DNA of 64,000 nucleotides from Plasmodiophora brassicae (Eukaryota): NCBI GenBank assembly GCA_036867785.1, contig CP145411.1, positions 682,001 to 746,000 of the forward strand, read 5' to 3'. Shown piece by piece: positions 1 to 11,442 of this stretch (position 1 is its first letter; each line of letters starts with the position of its first letter). The notes under the pieces were generated by a model. It saw only the letters and a program-made list of their open reading frames with translations, ran no database searches and was not told where the DNA came from. The position numbers and the translations under genes were made by a program.

Positions 1-2188
1 CATCGTCGGTGGCAACTGTTCCGTCCAGGTCGGCGCGATCTGAACGTCGGGCGCTGCGGCCGCTCGTCATGCTAACCGTATGCGACCAAGGGATTCGATG
101 CCGTCGGCGACGAGAAGTTCTGGACGGTGACAGGCGATAACGTCACCTGTCTGGCCTTGTGCGACGCCGACGGCGACTCGAGCGACGAGTTGCTGGTCGG
201 TTCCGAAGACAGCCAGATTCGCGTCTACAGGAACGAGCAGGTGATCTGGGAGACCACCGAGGTCGACTCCATCTCCGGTGGGTTACCGCCAGCCGGGTTC
301 ATCAGGTTCGCGTTGATGAACGTTCGACAGCGATCACAACGATGCACGGGTCGTGCTTCGCGTATGCGCTGGCGAACAACAGCGTTGGCGTGTACGACCG
401 TACGACGCGTCTGTGGTCTGCAAAGTACAATGCACGAGTGGTGGCCATTGCATCGTTTGACCTGGACGGCGATGGCGTCCCCGAACTCGTTGTCGGCCTA
501 TCCGACGGGACCGTTGACGTTCGGCTGATGCGACACGGGACCATTGTGCAATCGGACACGATGGGCGCCAGTGTCGCCGCGATCGTTGTCGGCGATTACA
601 GGTCGCAGCAGGCGCCCGAGCTGATGGTCTGCGCGATCGATGGCGAGCTGAAAGGGTACGCGAGCGCCGAACCGGATCAGAGAGCCGCCAGGTCGGTGTC
701 GGACGAGGTGGCGCTCGCCAAGATGAAGGCGCGCCTGGCGGAATTGCAACGCGAACTGGCCGGGTACGACCAGAACCTGGCGGCGATGCAGAAGCCGGTG
801 CAGCAGCTGGGCAGGATCCCGCCAGACACCAAGATCAGCTGTGCGCTGGGGCCCAACCTCACCAAGACCGCCCTGGAGCTACGGATGAGCACGTCCAATG
901 ACACGTTGATCAAGGTCGGTGGGTATCCATTCGGCCCTGCTGATGTCGTGTGAGTGACGCTTGTCCCCCAGTTCGTGATCCTGTTCGGCGACAACGTGTT
1001 CGAGGGCGAGAGCCTGGTGAAGTATGCGGCACAGCCCGAGAAGTCGATTACGGTGCCGCTGTCGCTCCAGAAGAACGTCTCCTGCGACCTCATGATCAAG
1101 GTCGTCATCGGGTACAAAGGTGTGCACGCCCGTCTGCCGCTATCGCGCCGAATGGGGGATTGTAACCCGCGTACAGGATCTGCACAGGACCACGTCTTCG
1201 AGCTGTCGCATCGGATCCCGAAGTTCGCCTCGTTCAGCTACTGCAAGCCCAGGGACCTGCCGTTCATAAAATCGCTGGTGCCTTGTTGGCGGCCCGTTCG
1301 CGTCCGGGTGCTTTGCTGAACGGGTGGGCGGCATAGGTGACGCTGCCGCTGAAGGAGCGGGTGTCGCGCGTGATTCTGTGGCTGAACCAGAGCTTCCTGC
1401 TGGATTTCGCGCATCGCAACGACAGCGATTCGCTCAACGTCGGGTTCAAGTCCATGCGCGACGACACCGTCCTCAGCATGTCGGTCGGCAACGATACCGC
1501 TGGGCAATTCCAGATCCGCACCGACGACATGCAGCTGGCAGGTCCACCATTAATTGCCATCTGCAACTGCTGCTAGGGTGTCTCTCGCTGACCTGTCGTG
1601 CGCCCCAGGGGACATCATTCAGGACCTGTGCGCGTTCCTGTCGGTGGACGACTGCGAGAGCTCGGCGTCGTTCCCGGTCGACTTCGAGCAGTTCGAAGGC
1701 GTGCTTCGAGGCGTGAAGGAGTACAGCGACCTGCGCAAGCGACTGTGCACCGAGATGGCCGACCTGATCAACCTGGTGAAGATGCTCGTCATTAAGGGCG
1801 AGGTCGGGAACCTGGTGGCGCATCTGCTCCCCGGGTCTTGATGGTCCAACTGCCGAACAGGACGCACGCCTGCTAGGCGACATGGGGGAGATGAAGACGC
1901 AGTACTCCGAGTTGATGGATACGAACAATGAGCTGATCCGCGAACTGGCGAAGCGGTCTGCGAACCACGAGGCGCTGCTGGGCGCGCTCAAGAAGGTATA
2001 CACAGGGCGACCGTGTCCCTCGTGCCAGGGCACTAACCGCACGATGTCAGGTCAACCTGATGATCCAGCGGGCGGCGCGCCTGCGCATGGGGACGCACAA
2101 GACGAACCTGATCCAGGCGTGCCACAACGCCATCAAGGCGAACTCGACGGGCACCCTGCTGAATATCATCAAGGCCGGCCACGAATAA
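1..2188 (+). CDS. BBS2: Bardet-Biedl syndrome 2 protein (BBSome), 5'-partial, multi-exon
   Basis: Spliced peptides IVGGNCSVQGFDA..EKFWTVTGDNVTCLALCD..ELLVGSEDSQIRVY, FAYALANNSVGVY, AGDIIQDLCAFL, MADLINLVKMLVIKGEDARLLGDM, VNLMIQRAARLRMG..LIQACHNAIK; stop TAA 2186-2188. Confidence 0.93.
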
Positions 2189-2321
2189 AACGAACGGTGG
2201 CGTCTCGGATCGGGATACCGATGTTCCTTCGCCCATGACCCCCCGGTGGATTCGTTCTGGATAATCGAGCCGCGTGCCGGGTGTGCGATCCAGAATCGAA
2301 TCTCGTCGTCGTCGAACGTCG

Positions 2322-2897
2322 ATGTCAGGGGCAGGCAGCGCCGTTGACAATGTCGTCGAGCCGCGCCCGTTGCCTGTAAAGTCGAAGAAGGCGGTAGCGC
2401 CACCATCGTCTGTCCTTGTCGACGGGAAGCGCGTCCTGAGAGAAGGGAACAAGTTGACGATGGCGCCAGCACCTTTGGCCACCGATGCGTCGACGTCGAG
2501 TGATGAAGCGAAGGCCGGTGTGGAAGCGTCGCCAAAGCCAGACCTGGAGGTATCCGTCGTGGACGACACGTGCTTCGAGACGTACCTGCAGCGCCTGGAG
2601 TCGATCCAATGGGAGAGTTCGTCGTCCAAGGTGGCCGTCGTCCTCGGCGAGATGCTGTCGTCGGTGAACAACCTGTCCACCGAGCTGGAGGAGAAGTTCG
2701 ACGCCGAGTCGCCCGATTCCGGCGTGCACATGGGCCTGCAGCAGGAGATCCAGTCGGAGCTCAACGAGATCAGCGAGATCTTCCAGGAGTTCGCCGAGCG
2801 GCACCCGTCAATCACGCAGGACCAGGCGGCCGCCGCCGCCATCTTCGAGCAATTGCAATCTCCAGGCGGCGCGTCCCGCAAGCCTGCGCGACGATAA
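2322..2897 (+). CDS. Hypothetical protein, acidic/helical C-terminal half
   Basis: Intronless ORF with GC3-rich coding-like codon usage between BBS2 and LSm5; no recognisable motif. Confidence 0.6.
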   Translation: MSGAGSAVDNVVEPRPLPVKSKKAVAPPSSVLVDGKRVLREGNKLTMAPAPLATDASTSSDEAKAGVEASPKPDLEVSVVDDTCFETYLQRLESIQWESSSSKVAVVLGEMLSSVNNLSTELEEKFDAESPDSGVHMGLQQEIQSELNEISEIFQEFAERHPSITQDQAAAAAIFEQLQSPGGASRKPARR

Positions 2898-2985
2898 GCT
2901 CGCGGCGGCATCGACGTCCACGCCGCCCCCCTATTATATAAACAGCTCGAGACGAAATCAGGTGCCGCCGTCACCGGGACAGGGT

Positions 2986-3442
2986 TTACTGATCGGGGCC
3001 ACCGCCAGGAACCAGGATGCAGACGTTGTTGCCGTTGATCAGGCACTGTTCGATCATTTGGGCGCGTCTGCCCTCCGGTGTGGTCTCGCTGGGGAAAGGT
3101 CCGCGTCAGACGACTGCCGACGATACCGGTGGACGACGTCACCCACTATTCAATGGCGTCATCGAGCACCATGTTGACGTAGTCGTCGAACCCCCGAAGC
3201 TTGCCGACGATCTCCTTGTCGCCTTTCATGATGATCCAGACCTGCGACCCGATGCATTTGTCCAGCAGCTCTGAAGGTCGACAGCGCGCAATCAGAACCA
3301 TGACGTCCCCGGGGCAACCACCGGAGACTCTGCACAGACCGAGGGGCAGCAGCTGACTCAGGTTCGTCTTCGCGGCTGGTCCTGCTGCTGCTGCTGCTGC
3401 TGCTCCCGTCTCAGGCGCCACGTCCGTACCTGCCGTCGTCAT
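2986..3442 (-). CDS. LSM5: U6 snRNA-associated Sm-like protein LSm5 (3 exons)
   Basis: [57 protein letters not shown], the typical LSm5 Sm1/Sm2 motifs. Confidence 0.93.
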
Positions 3443-4050
3443 TGCGTGGCGCACTGATACTGCGGCCGCGTGCCGCTGACGGTGCGAGCGGCACCGTCAG
3501 CGGCTACCTACTAGTGGTGTGTGTGTGTGTAAACGTACTTATCAGAACGTTAAATAGCATAACAATTGTACTGAGAGGCGGTGGGAGGTCGCCCGGCAGG
3601 TTAGGGCTGTCGGGGAATGTGGAGGGACCGCGAGAAGGGCTCCGAGGGACGACGATGGTGGCGCGTCTGTGGCTGTGCGGTCATCGTGTCGCGGACAGCG
3701 AAGCGGACCGTGTAGTGAGTGGCAGCGTACGTGGCGCTGGTGTATGCGATGGCCGGGAGCACAAGTGGGTGGAGGCGATTTACGACCATGGTGGCCAGTT
3801 GGGTAGTGAACGAATCTTGCCCGGCACTGCCCCTCGTGAGTCATCCATTTGGGGAACCAGGAGTCATACCACGTGCGCGACTCTCGTGTCGCTGAATTAA
3901 TCCCACGGTTCGGTAATGACACAATGGTCAACCGCGAATGCCCTTGCATCCAGCGGGCCGGCCGATAGGCACGCCAATCGATTTACAGGACACGCAATAT
4001 ATAGTAACAACATCAGCTGAGTGTGTATTTCATGACACCGGCAATACCGA

Positions 4051-5342
4051 TTACCGAGCGACGTACTGGCAAGCTAGAAACCACACAAGAGTTAGACATG
4101 CAATGACAGGGCAGGGCTAGCGGCAGCAAGCGACACGTACGACGTCGGGTCCGAAGTTTGTACAAGACGCGATAACCGCAGTTTCTGCACCGAATGGGGT
4201 CGCGACGCCGGATCTTGTTGACGTCTCCACAGCCACCACATTCGTAGTCCGTTGCCCTGCGACAACAGGTTAGCCCCGTGTCATGTCAGCGAACGCAAGA
4301 TGCAGTGCCTCACTTGGCAATGTCTTCTCTCTGCAGGTACAGCTTCGAGCCCGACTTCACGCCTCGAAGATAGATCATCTCGTTCTCGGCCAGTATTTCG
4401 CCGTCGAACGTGAGGCGATCCTCGCCAACCAAAGCCTGCCCGCCACTTACGATACCATACAGTTCCTTGATCATTTGAACCGTAAAATGGTCGTTGACGG
4501 TGAGCTCGATGGGTCGCTCCTCGTCATCTTCGTCAACCACCGCATTCGCAGTAACAACATAGATCGGGAACGGCGAGGCTTCGAAGTCGACAGCCTAAAT
4601 AACGCAGCAGAACTGTCACGTCTTCAGACACGGGCACCAGTTGCGGGACGTGTACCGAGTTGGGTCCAAGTTCACATTGGTAGATCGTGTCGGAATCGGC
4701 AAGTTCACGACCGCGGTACGAGCACTTTCCAGGGACGGCGTTACGAGCGGTGGAATTGCCGAACGCCACTTTCAGGTCGAATATCGTTGAAAAGTCGTAC
4801 ATTAGCTGGGCCTGCTCCAGTTGACACTGGCGATCACGGACGACAATCCGAATTCGGGAGATAAGCTTCGCCCCATGACCAATCCCGTAGGCCGCCAACG
4901 TGGCGTGGTCTTCAAGCTCGGAGCCCTTGTAGGACAGCCGTTCTATGACAGTTCCAATCTCATCTTCATATTCTTTCCGCACCTATAATCACCAAGGAGC
5001 CATAAGGAACGCGTGGACAGATCAGCAGGTGGTGATTCAAACCCGTTGGATCGTCCAGGATGCCGACACAGGAATAACCTGATTATCGTGCGCATCATCC
5101 ACAATGGTGATGTCGAATTTGTTCCATTTGATGAAGACGGCGGCCTGCCCAGTGAACTGGACCGGTGCGTCCAGCGGCAGCGGCGCATCATTGGCATCAA
5201 CCAGCTCGTGGTCGGGCGTCAGCTCCTGCTGCCGCTGCAACAGCTGCCAGAGATCACCGTACGTCTCACAGTACGTATCCGGGTTGGCACAGTCCACGAC
5301 GAGGGCGCGCCCGGCATCGGTGGTGACTTTCACAACCTTCAT
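4051..5342 (-). CDS. Tandem ubiquitin-like domain protein fused to a C-terminal RPB12/RPABC4 zinc ribbon
   Basis: Up to four beta-grasp-like units (e.g. [51 protein letters not shown]) spliced in frame (intron 4257-4313) to [45 protein letters not shown]. Confidence 0.8.
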
Positions 5343-5968
5343 GTTCCGGCGCCTAAAACGCGTGACGGACCTCGCAGTCCGTGATGGTCTGATGAAGCTA
5401 CCAAAGCGCAAAGGGCAACACAGCCTTCGGCGCGGTTCCACACACGGTGGGCATGATCAGTCCGACTCCCGACCTGGCGTTCATGCGTCGACTGAAACCC
5501 GGTTTGGCCTGTGACAGGCCATATATACCTGTTCCTGTGGGTTCGACCAGTCCTGGTTGATCACGACGTGGCGGTTTTAGGATGATTTCGTTGACAAGGC
5601 AGACAGGCAGAAAGTGACCTGCAACGAGCATCAAAGGCTTGCACTAAGCAAGACCTTTCAAAAATGAGCAGTTCCGTTAAAGGTGTATGTGCTTCTCGGT
5701 TCTCCTACTTCGACATTCACCGAGCGTCGCCGGTCCTTTAGTCGGCACGTCATGGTACGCGGGACCGTTTCTGCGCTTGGGTGTTGCTACAAAGACAGGC
5801 CTGTCAGTATCAACCAGGGCGCGTACATGGCTGGTGGAACTGGAAGCTGCGCGCCTATTACCTAAACCTGGCGGCGCCTTTGCGCGCTGGGGTGATCTAT
5901 TTCCAGGTACTACTGTACTGGCGGGGACTGCGCTCTAGGGAGGGCGCGTTTAACGACTGACAACGACC

Positions 5969-7710
5969 ATGTCTGGTGAGCCGTCGCCTCCCGGGAGTCG
6001 CCTGAACTGCTCGGCGCCGCCACCCCCGCCGCCGCCCGGATGGAGTGGCACGTATGTGCCCGGGATGACGGCCCTGGGTATCACCCAGCAACAGTCGTCC
6101 AGCAAGGCGGAGCTGTCGCAACTAGCCGATCAGGTTGAAGTCGTCTTCGAACGGCTGAACAGTGCAACCCAGGCTGCGAAACAATTGGCAACGTTTTACC
6201 AGTCGCTGGCAGCCATCGAACAGACGTATAGCAAATCGCTTTCGAAACTCGTCCAGTCGACGTCGTTCCCGGCGTCGGATTCGATGCAGAAGTGCCTCGC
6301 GACCGTGCTGATGACCGCTGAGGCGCGCGCCGGCCTTCATGCCCAGTTTGCTGTCGAACTGCAGGACCGGCTCGCGAACGACATGAACGAACTGTCGAAT
6401 CACTTGAAGAAGGAGCGACAGCAGGTACGTACCTAGACGCGCGACGATGACGAGCGGGATGGCCGCTGATTTGCGTTTGCATGTCAGGCTCGTAGTATCT
6501 GGGCGGATGCTGACAAGGCGCTGAAGAGCCAGACCGCATCCGTCGACAAACACTTCATCAAGTACGCGCAGTCCATCAAGGATTCGGAGAAAGAGATTGC
6601 TCTGCGGAACGACATGGCTCGCGATTCTGTCGCATCTGCAAAGGTCTGCAACCAGTCGAACCGCTGCGAACGATCGTCCGCTGACGCACGACTAGAACTT
6701 ACCAAAGCAGGAGAAGCGCGTGGCCGATGCGATTTCAAAGTATCGCGCTCGTCGTGAGTCGTATTCCGACTCGATCGAGATGCACGATAAGCTTCATAAG
6801 CAGTACGCGAAGACGTGCAGCTACATTCTTGTCAACGTCGAGGCAACGGATACGTCGCGGCTACACAAGATGCAGTCGTCGCTGAGCTCATTCCATCGGG
6901 TCTTGCGGGACACCGCTCAGCGCTGCCTGGGCCCGATCGAGTCGTTCGGTACCGCAGTGATGGCGATCGATCCAGCAGATGACATCGCGAAGTTCGTTGT
7001 CGCCCATCGCACGTCCAGCGTTGACAAGCTACCGCCTGCAATGCAGTTTGTTGAGATACGAAGCGATGGTGATCGCCCGTTTCTACGCTCTGCTCGAGCT
7101 GGGCTAACAGCGATGTCGTGTTCAGTTATCGAGGAAGAGGAGAACACACGCGAGTCGCGATCCGGAACTCGTTCGCACAGTGCCACATCCGAGCATGGCA
7201 CAGAATCCCGATCCCTGCAACACTATGCGATATCTGGGCCGATGTCGCATCTGAGCGTTAACGGCAGAAGCGCTGCGGAGACGGAGCAATCGCCAGTGTT
7301 CTACCGCGCCATCTATGACTATTCCGAGGACCAGGCCGACGTTCTCTCGTTTGTCATTGGCGAGTTCATCCGGCTGGAAGAACCCGTATCAGGTGGCTGG
7401 GCGTCCGGGCTGCTCAATGGCCGACGCGGGTTGTTCCCATTGTCATACTGCGACAAGATTGACGCGCAAAGAGTAGAAGTCACGTTCGACTTCAGGTGTA
7501 CAGACAAGTAAGCCCAAGTCGTCTGGTCGTCGCGATGTGTCTGACGTCGCGTACAGCGATTCCCATCAGTTGACGATGTCGGCGGGTGAACCTCTGTGGG
7601 TCCTCGACGCGTCCGATCGTCACTGGATCTGGTGTGCCGACCGGCATGGTGCCCAGGGAAACTTTCCTGCTGCTTACACGAACCCACCACCGAGGCCGAC
7701 GAATTACTGA
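5969..7710 (+). CDS. F-BAR (FCH) domain protein with two C-terminal SH3 domains
   Basis: LATFYQSLAAIEQTYSKSLSKL..AGLHAQFAVEL (FCH); YRAIYDY..LSFVIGEFI..GGWASGLLNGRRGLFPLSY (SH3); second SH3 LTMSAGEPLWVL..HWIWC..QGNFPAAY; stop 7708-7710. Confidence 0.85.
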
Positions 7711-7831
7711 CCGAGTTAAAATACACAATCCTGGGACCCTTACCACTATCTATGCCTATTCATCCCTGTGGCTGTGCCTGTGCCGGTGCGGAACTCCGCT
7801 CAGACGCGTTGCGAGTGCGGGCGTCCACGGT

Positions 7832-8043
7832 ATGGTGCTGCTAGGCGACCTCGTGCCGGGCAAGCTTGGCATATTCGTCGACGTCATGATCGTGTTTCAC
7901 TCCGTTGCATTCGTACGGGTATAGGTCTGTGTGCCGGATCGATGGCGCTGACATGTCCGCCGGTGCAGGTCTACTGGGCAGTGACGGCCGTCACCGAAAT
8001 CTATTCGCATCCGGCACGCGATCCAAACATGAAAGCTCATTAA
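7832..8043 (+). CDS. Small (~51 aa) single-pass membrane protein, 2 exons
   Basis: MVLLGDLVPGKLGIFVDVMIVFHSVAF, intron ~7913-7968, then VYWAVTAVTEIYSHPARDPNMKAH*. Confidence 0.55.
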
Positions 8044-8146
8044 TAACAACGAAACGATAGTCGGCTTTGAACAGTCGGGGTTTAACGATTTTCGCGGCTC
8101 GTTTGCCTTGAACACGATCAAGGCGTTGATCGTGTAGGTAGACACT

Positions 8147-9129
8147 CTACAGTGGCGGGATCGCTTTCGTGACAAACTCGCGCACGTCGTTGAGCTCTTG
8201 AGCGTTGGCCCCATGTCCCAGGCCGGGATATTGCTTGAACTGGGCAGGTACGCCGGCACGGCTGAGAATCTCATGTGTCGTCTTCCCGGCGACGAAATGG
8301 ACAACCGGGTCTGCTTGGCCATGGCAGACCAGTACAGGTGTCTGCTTGTTGGCCGCACTGAGTTTCGCTGTTGCGAATGTCTGGTAATGCGGAAGGTATC
8401 CTGACATTGAAATGATGCCGGCTAATGGCGATTTGTACTGCAGGCCGGAATATAAAGACAGCGCGGCGCCTTGACTGAATCCGCCGATCACGATGCGGTT
8501 GGACGGAATCCCACGTTTCACCTCATCGTCGATCAACTCGTGAACTATTGTACTCCCATGAGTTGTACACCAGAGCATTGTGCGAACGACCACGTCGTAC
8601 TTGCTGCAAACGATTCCTCCAGGCCCGCCATCTTTTCCGAGTCGATCGATTGCAAAGAGTGAATATCGTGCCATGAAGTCATGCGCATGCCACCTAACGT
8701 CGCCGCATTGGCTTGAGGACACGGGATGACGCGTGCGATTGCACAAGCCACGCACCATTCAACGTCACAGGACTGATCGGGGCCGTTGGTAGCACCATCC
8801 GTACATGCGGCATGCTTCTCTGAAGGTTACGAAACTCGCCGGCCCACCCTGCCGACTGCTCTGAGTAAGCTCACAAACGTATACCCATCCCGACACCGTT
8901 CCACGCGGCATACAGTATCTCCCAGGCCGTGCAGGAAGATCAGCGTGGCCGAGTGCTGCCCCGGAGCATCATACGCGTCGACACCCGAGAAGTGCGGCAT
9001 GGACGTCGTCGATGACAACGGACGCCTGGACGCGGTCAGCCCGTGCAGTTCGCCGAATAACCGAACGCCGACGATTGCGACAACGCCCAGCCCGATTACA
9101 GTGTGGCGCCGGGGCACAGCTCGCAACAT
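8147..9129 (-). CDS. Acyl-protein thioesterase / phospholipase-carboxylesterase (APT1/LYPLA family)
   Basis: TLIFLHGLGDT, RIVIGGFSQGAA (GxSxG), HGQADPVV, YPGLGHG catalytic triad motifs. Confidence 0.9.
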
Positions 9130-9431
9130 TCCCACGGTCCGCGGCGCTCCTCGCCCAGCACGTGCCGCCCACCACCACCCACATTTTTCCACCACCCACT
9201 TTCGACCCGCCTCACTGCACCGCACCGTTCCGAAGAAAGGATGCCCGGCAGACGCATAGTAGACGACACGCGGGATCGTGCCTGAAAATTACGGGACTCA
9301 GAGCGGCGCTGCTCCCGTTGGAGAGCCGGCAGACGGGCGGCGTGAACGCTCCTATACCGTCAGGAGACGGAGTCGGTGCCGCGTCGATTTGCGTGCCCGT
9401 CGGGTGGGTCGGCCGGCTCTCGCCGCGGACA

Positions 9432-10115
9432 ATGTCTGCCCATGCGGCCGTCGCCGTGCTTCAGCCCTTGATCGGGACATGGGTGAGTCGTTCACGGCCG
9501 GTTGGTACAGGGCGCTGCAGCCGATGACCATTGCGGCACAGGTTGGCGAAGGCGAGGGGCAGTATCCGACGATCGCGCCGTTTCGGTATCGCGACCATAT
9601 CCGATTCTACTCCAGCGGGCAGCCCTTCCTCTTCATGGAGCAGCGCACGAAACGCGTACTAAAACGCTATTGCGTTTGCCGACGACACGCTGAATCGTTA
9701 GCTGTGCCGACGTTAGGTTGACAGCGAGACGCCGATGCATTCCGAGATGGGGTTCTGGCGCGTCGCTAATGGACGATCCGTGGAGGTGGCTATATCCCAT
9801 GCAATGGGCCTGACCGAGGTATCCGAAGGTTCTGCCTGCGTCGACGGCATGGCAGCGGGCGCCCTGGTCGTCACTCTGGAATCGACAACGCTCGGTCGCG
9901 TGTCTCATTCGACCCGTCCGCACGTTGTCAAACTTCGGTACCCGGCCTGCTGTCTCAGCACGTTCGTGCATCTAACTCTCGTCCTGGTCATCAGCCGAGC
10001 ATTCACTGTTGCTGCCGACGGTTCCCGACTGGAGTACACGGTGGAGATGGCTACAGATCAAACTCCTCTCCATCTGCACCTTCGTGCCTCCCTGATCAAA
10101 GCAGAAGAATTGTAG
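9432..10115 (+). CDS. Nitrobindin / THAP4-like heme-binding beta-barrel (DUF1794)
   Basis: LQPLIGTW-VGEGEGQYPTI..PMHSEMGFWR..LEYTVEMAT..LHLHLRASL. Confidence 0.88.
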
Positions 10116-10282
10116 ACAACAATGACCCGGCGTTGCTGTCGCTGTCGCCCACATCGTCTGCGCTCGTTGTAGTACATAGCCGTCACGTTTGTCACGTACG
10201 TTGTGACGCGAGACAGGACCACGTCGAGGGAGATGCGTACAGTCGGTGACTCAAGTGGATCGAGGTGGCACGCGCCGCCTGA

Positions 10283-11074
10283 ATGAACGGGCAGCTTCAC
10301 TTTGTCACATTGCTGCTAGCGTACGCGCCGATGAAGACTCGCAGCCAACTGACCGGCACGCTTCCCGCCTTTGCACTGCAGGATCAGCCTGCCAATGGTA
10401 AGCGTAAGTCGTTCTCGAATGAGAACGCTCAGCAGTCAGCCTCCAAGAAGCGGCACGTGGCGACACCTCGGGTCTCGAAAGGCAGCCTGAGCCCTGAGCA
10501 GCAGCAGCAGTTGCAGGCGCAGCGTCAGAGGCAACTCGAGTTGAACGCGCGCCTCCCGATTCAGCAGGCGGAACGAAATCAGCATCAGCAGGAATTGCAG
10601 CGTGCTGAGCTTCTCAGAGCCCAGCATGCACAAGCGCAACAGCATGCCGTACGTGTCCAGCAGCAGCAACAACAGATCCAGGCCCAACGTGCTCAGGCCC
10701 AAATCCTGGAGGACATTGCTCTTGAACGAGAGGTCTGGGGCGCCGTTGTTCACTCGTGAGTGCTGGGCTGACGTGTCTGTGCATATGTAGATACAAGAGC
10801 AGCGTCATCGATCCGAGCAGCAGAAGGCGCTACGTGAGCACCAGAACCAGGTTCGTGAGCAGCGTGAGGAGCAGCAGCGGCCTCTGTCTCCTTCTCAGCG
10901 ACAGCAGAAGGAGACGCTGACGGCGGCGTTTAACCAGCTGAGCTCCCCCAGGCAGCGTTCGCAGTCACTTCAGGAGCGGCTCGACTTTTTCAATAAGCAA
11001 GCTCAGCTAAGCCAACAGCGTCAGATGCACGAAGAGCACTTGCGACTTCGCCGCCTGCAGCAGCAGCAGCAACT

Positions 11075-11118
<44 letters not shown>

Positions 11119-11400
11119 GGAAATCACTCTTCAGCAACAAGCTATTCGACAAGCAGTACCCTCAGCAGCAGCAGCAGCAGCAGCAGCAACAGCAACATTT
11201 TCGCCAACAGCAGGTCGTCCTGTGTGTTGTTGACCAGCCAACGGTGTGCCCTGACGTTCAGTATCATAGCAAGCGCCACGATTCCAAGTGCAGCAGGTTC
11301 ATCAGCCTCGACAACAACACCCATCGCAGCAGTATCCCCAGCAGCAACATCGCGCTTAGACAGCAATGAGTCAATGAGATAGCAACATACCGTATACACA
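10283..11400 (+). CDS. Glutamine-rich low-complexity protein, multi-exon; ends approximate
   Basis: Consecutive Q-rich exons separated by short GT-AG introns; basic NLS-like KRKS/KKRH near the N-terminus. Confidence 0.55.
11057..11196 (+). repeat. CAG/CAA trinucleotide repeats (polyQ)
   Basis: Two CAG/CAA runs visible at ~11057-11117 and ~11164-11196. Confidence 0.9.
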
Positions 11401-11442
11401 ATAGGAGTCTGCAACGAGTCCAAGATTGTTAAACGTGTTGTA

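Noticed and set aside
3542-3949. Small ORFs between LSm5 and the RPB12 fusion
   Set aside because: No motif or convincing splice structure; may be UTR or promoter sequence.
5660-5940. Possible short spliced ORF upstream of the F-BAR gene
   Set aside because: No recognisable product; could be 5' UTR with introns.
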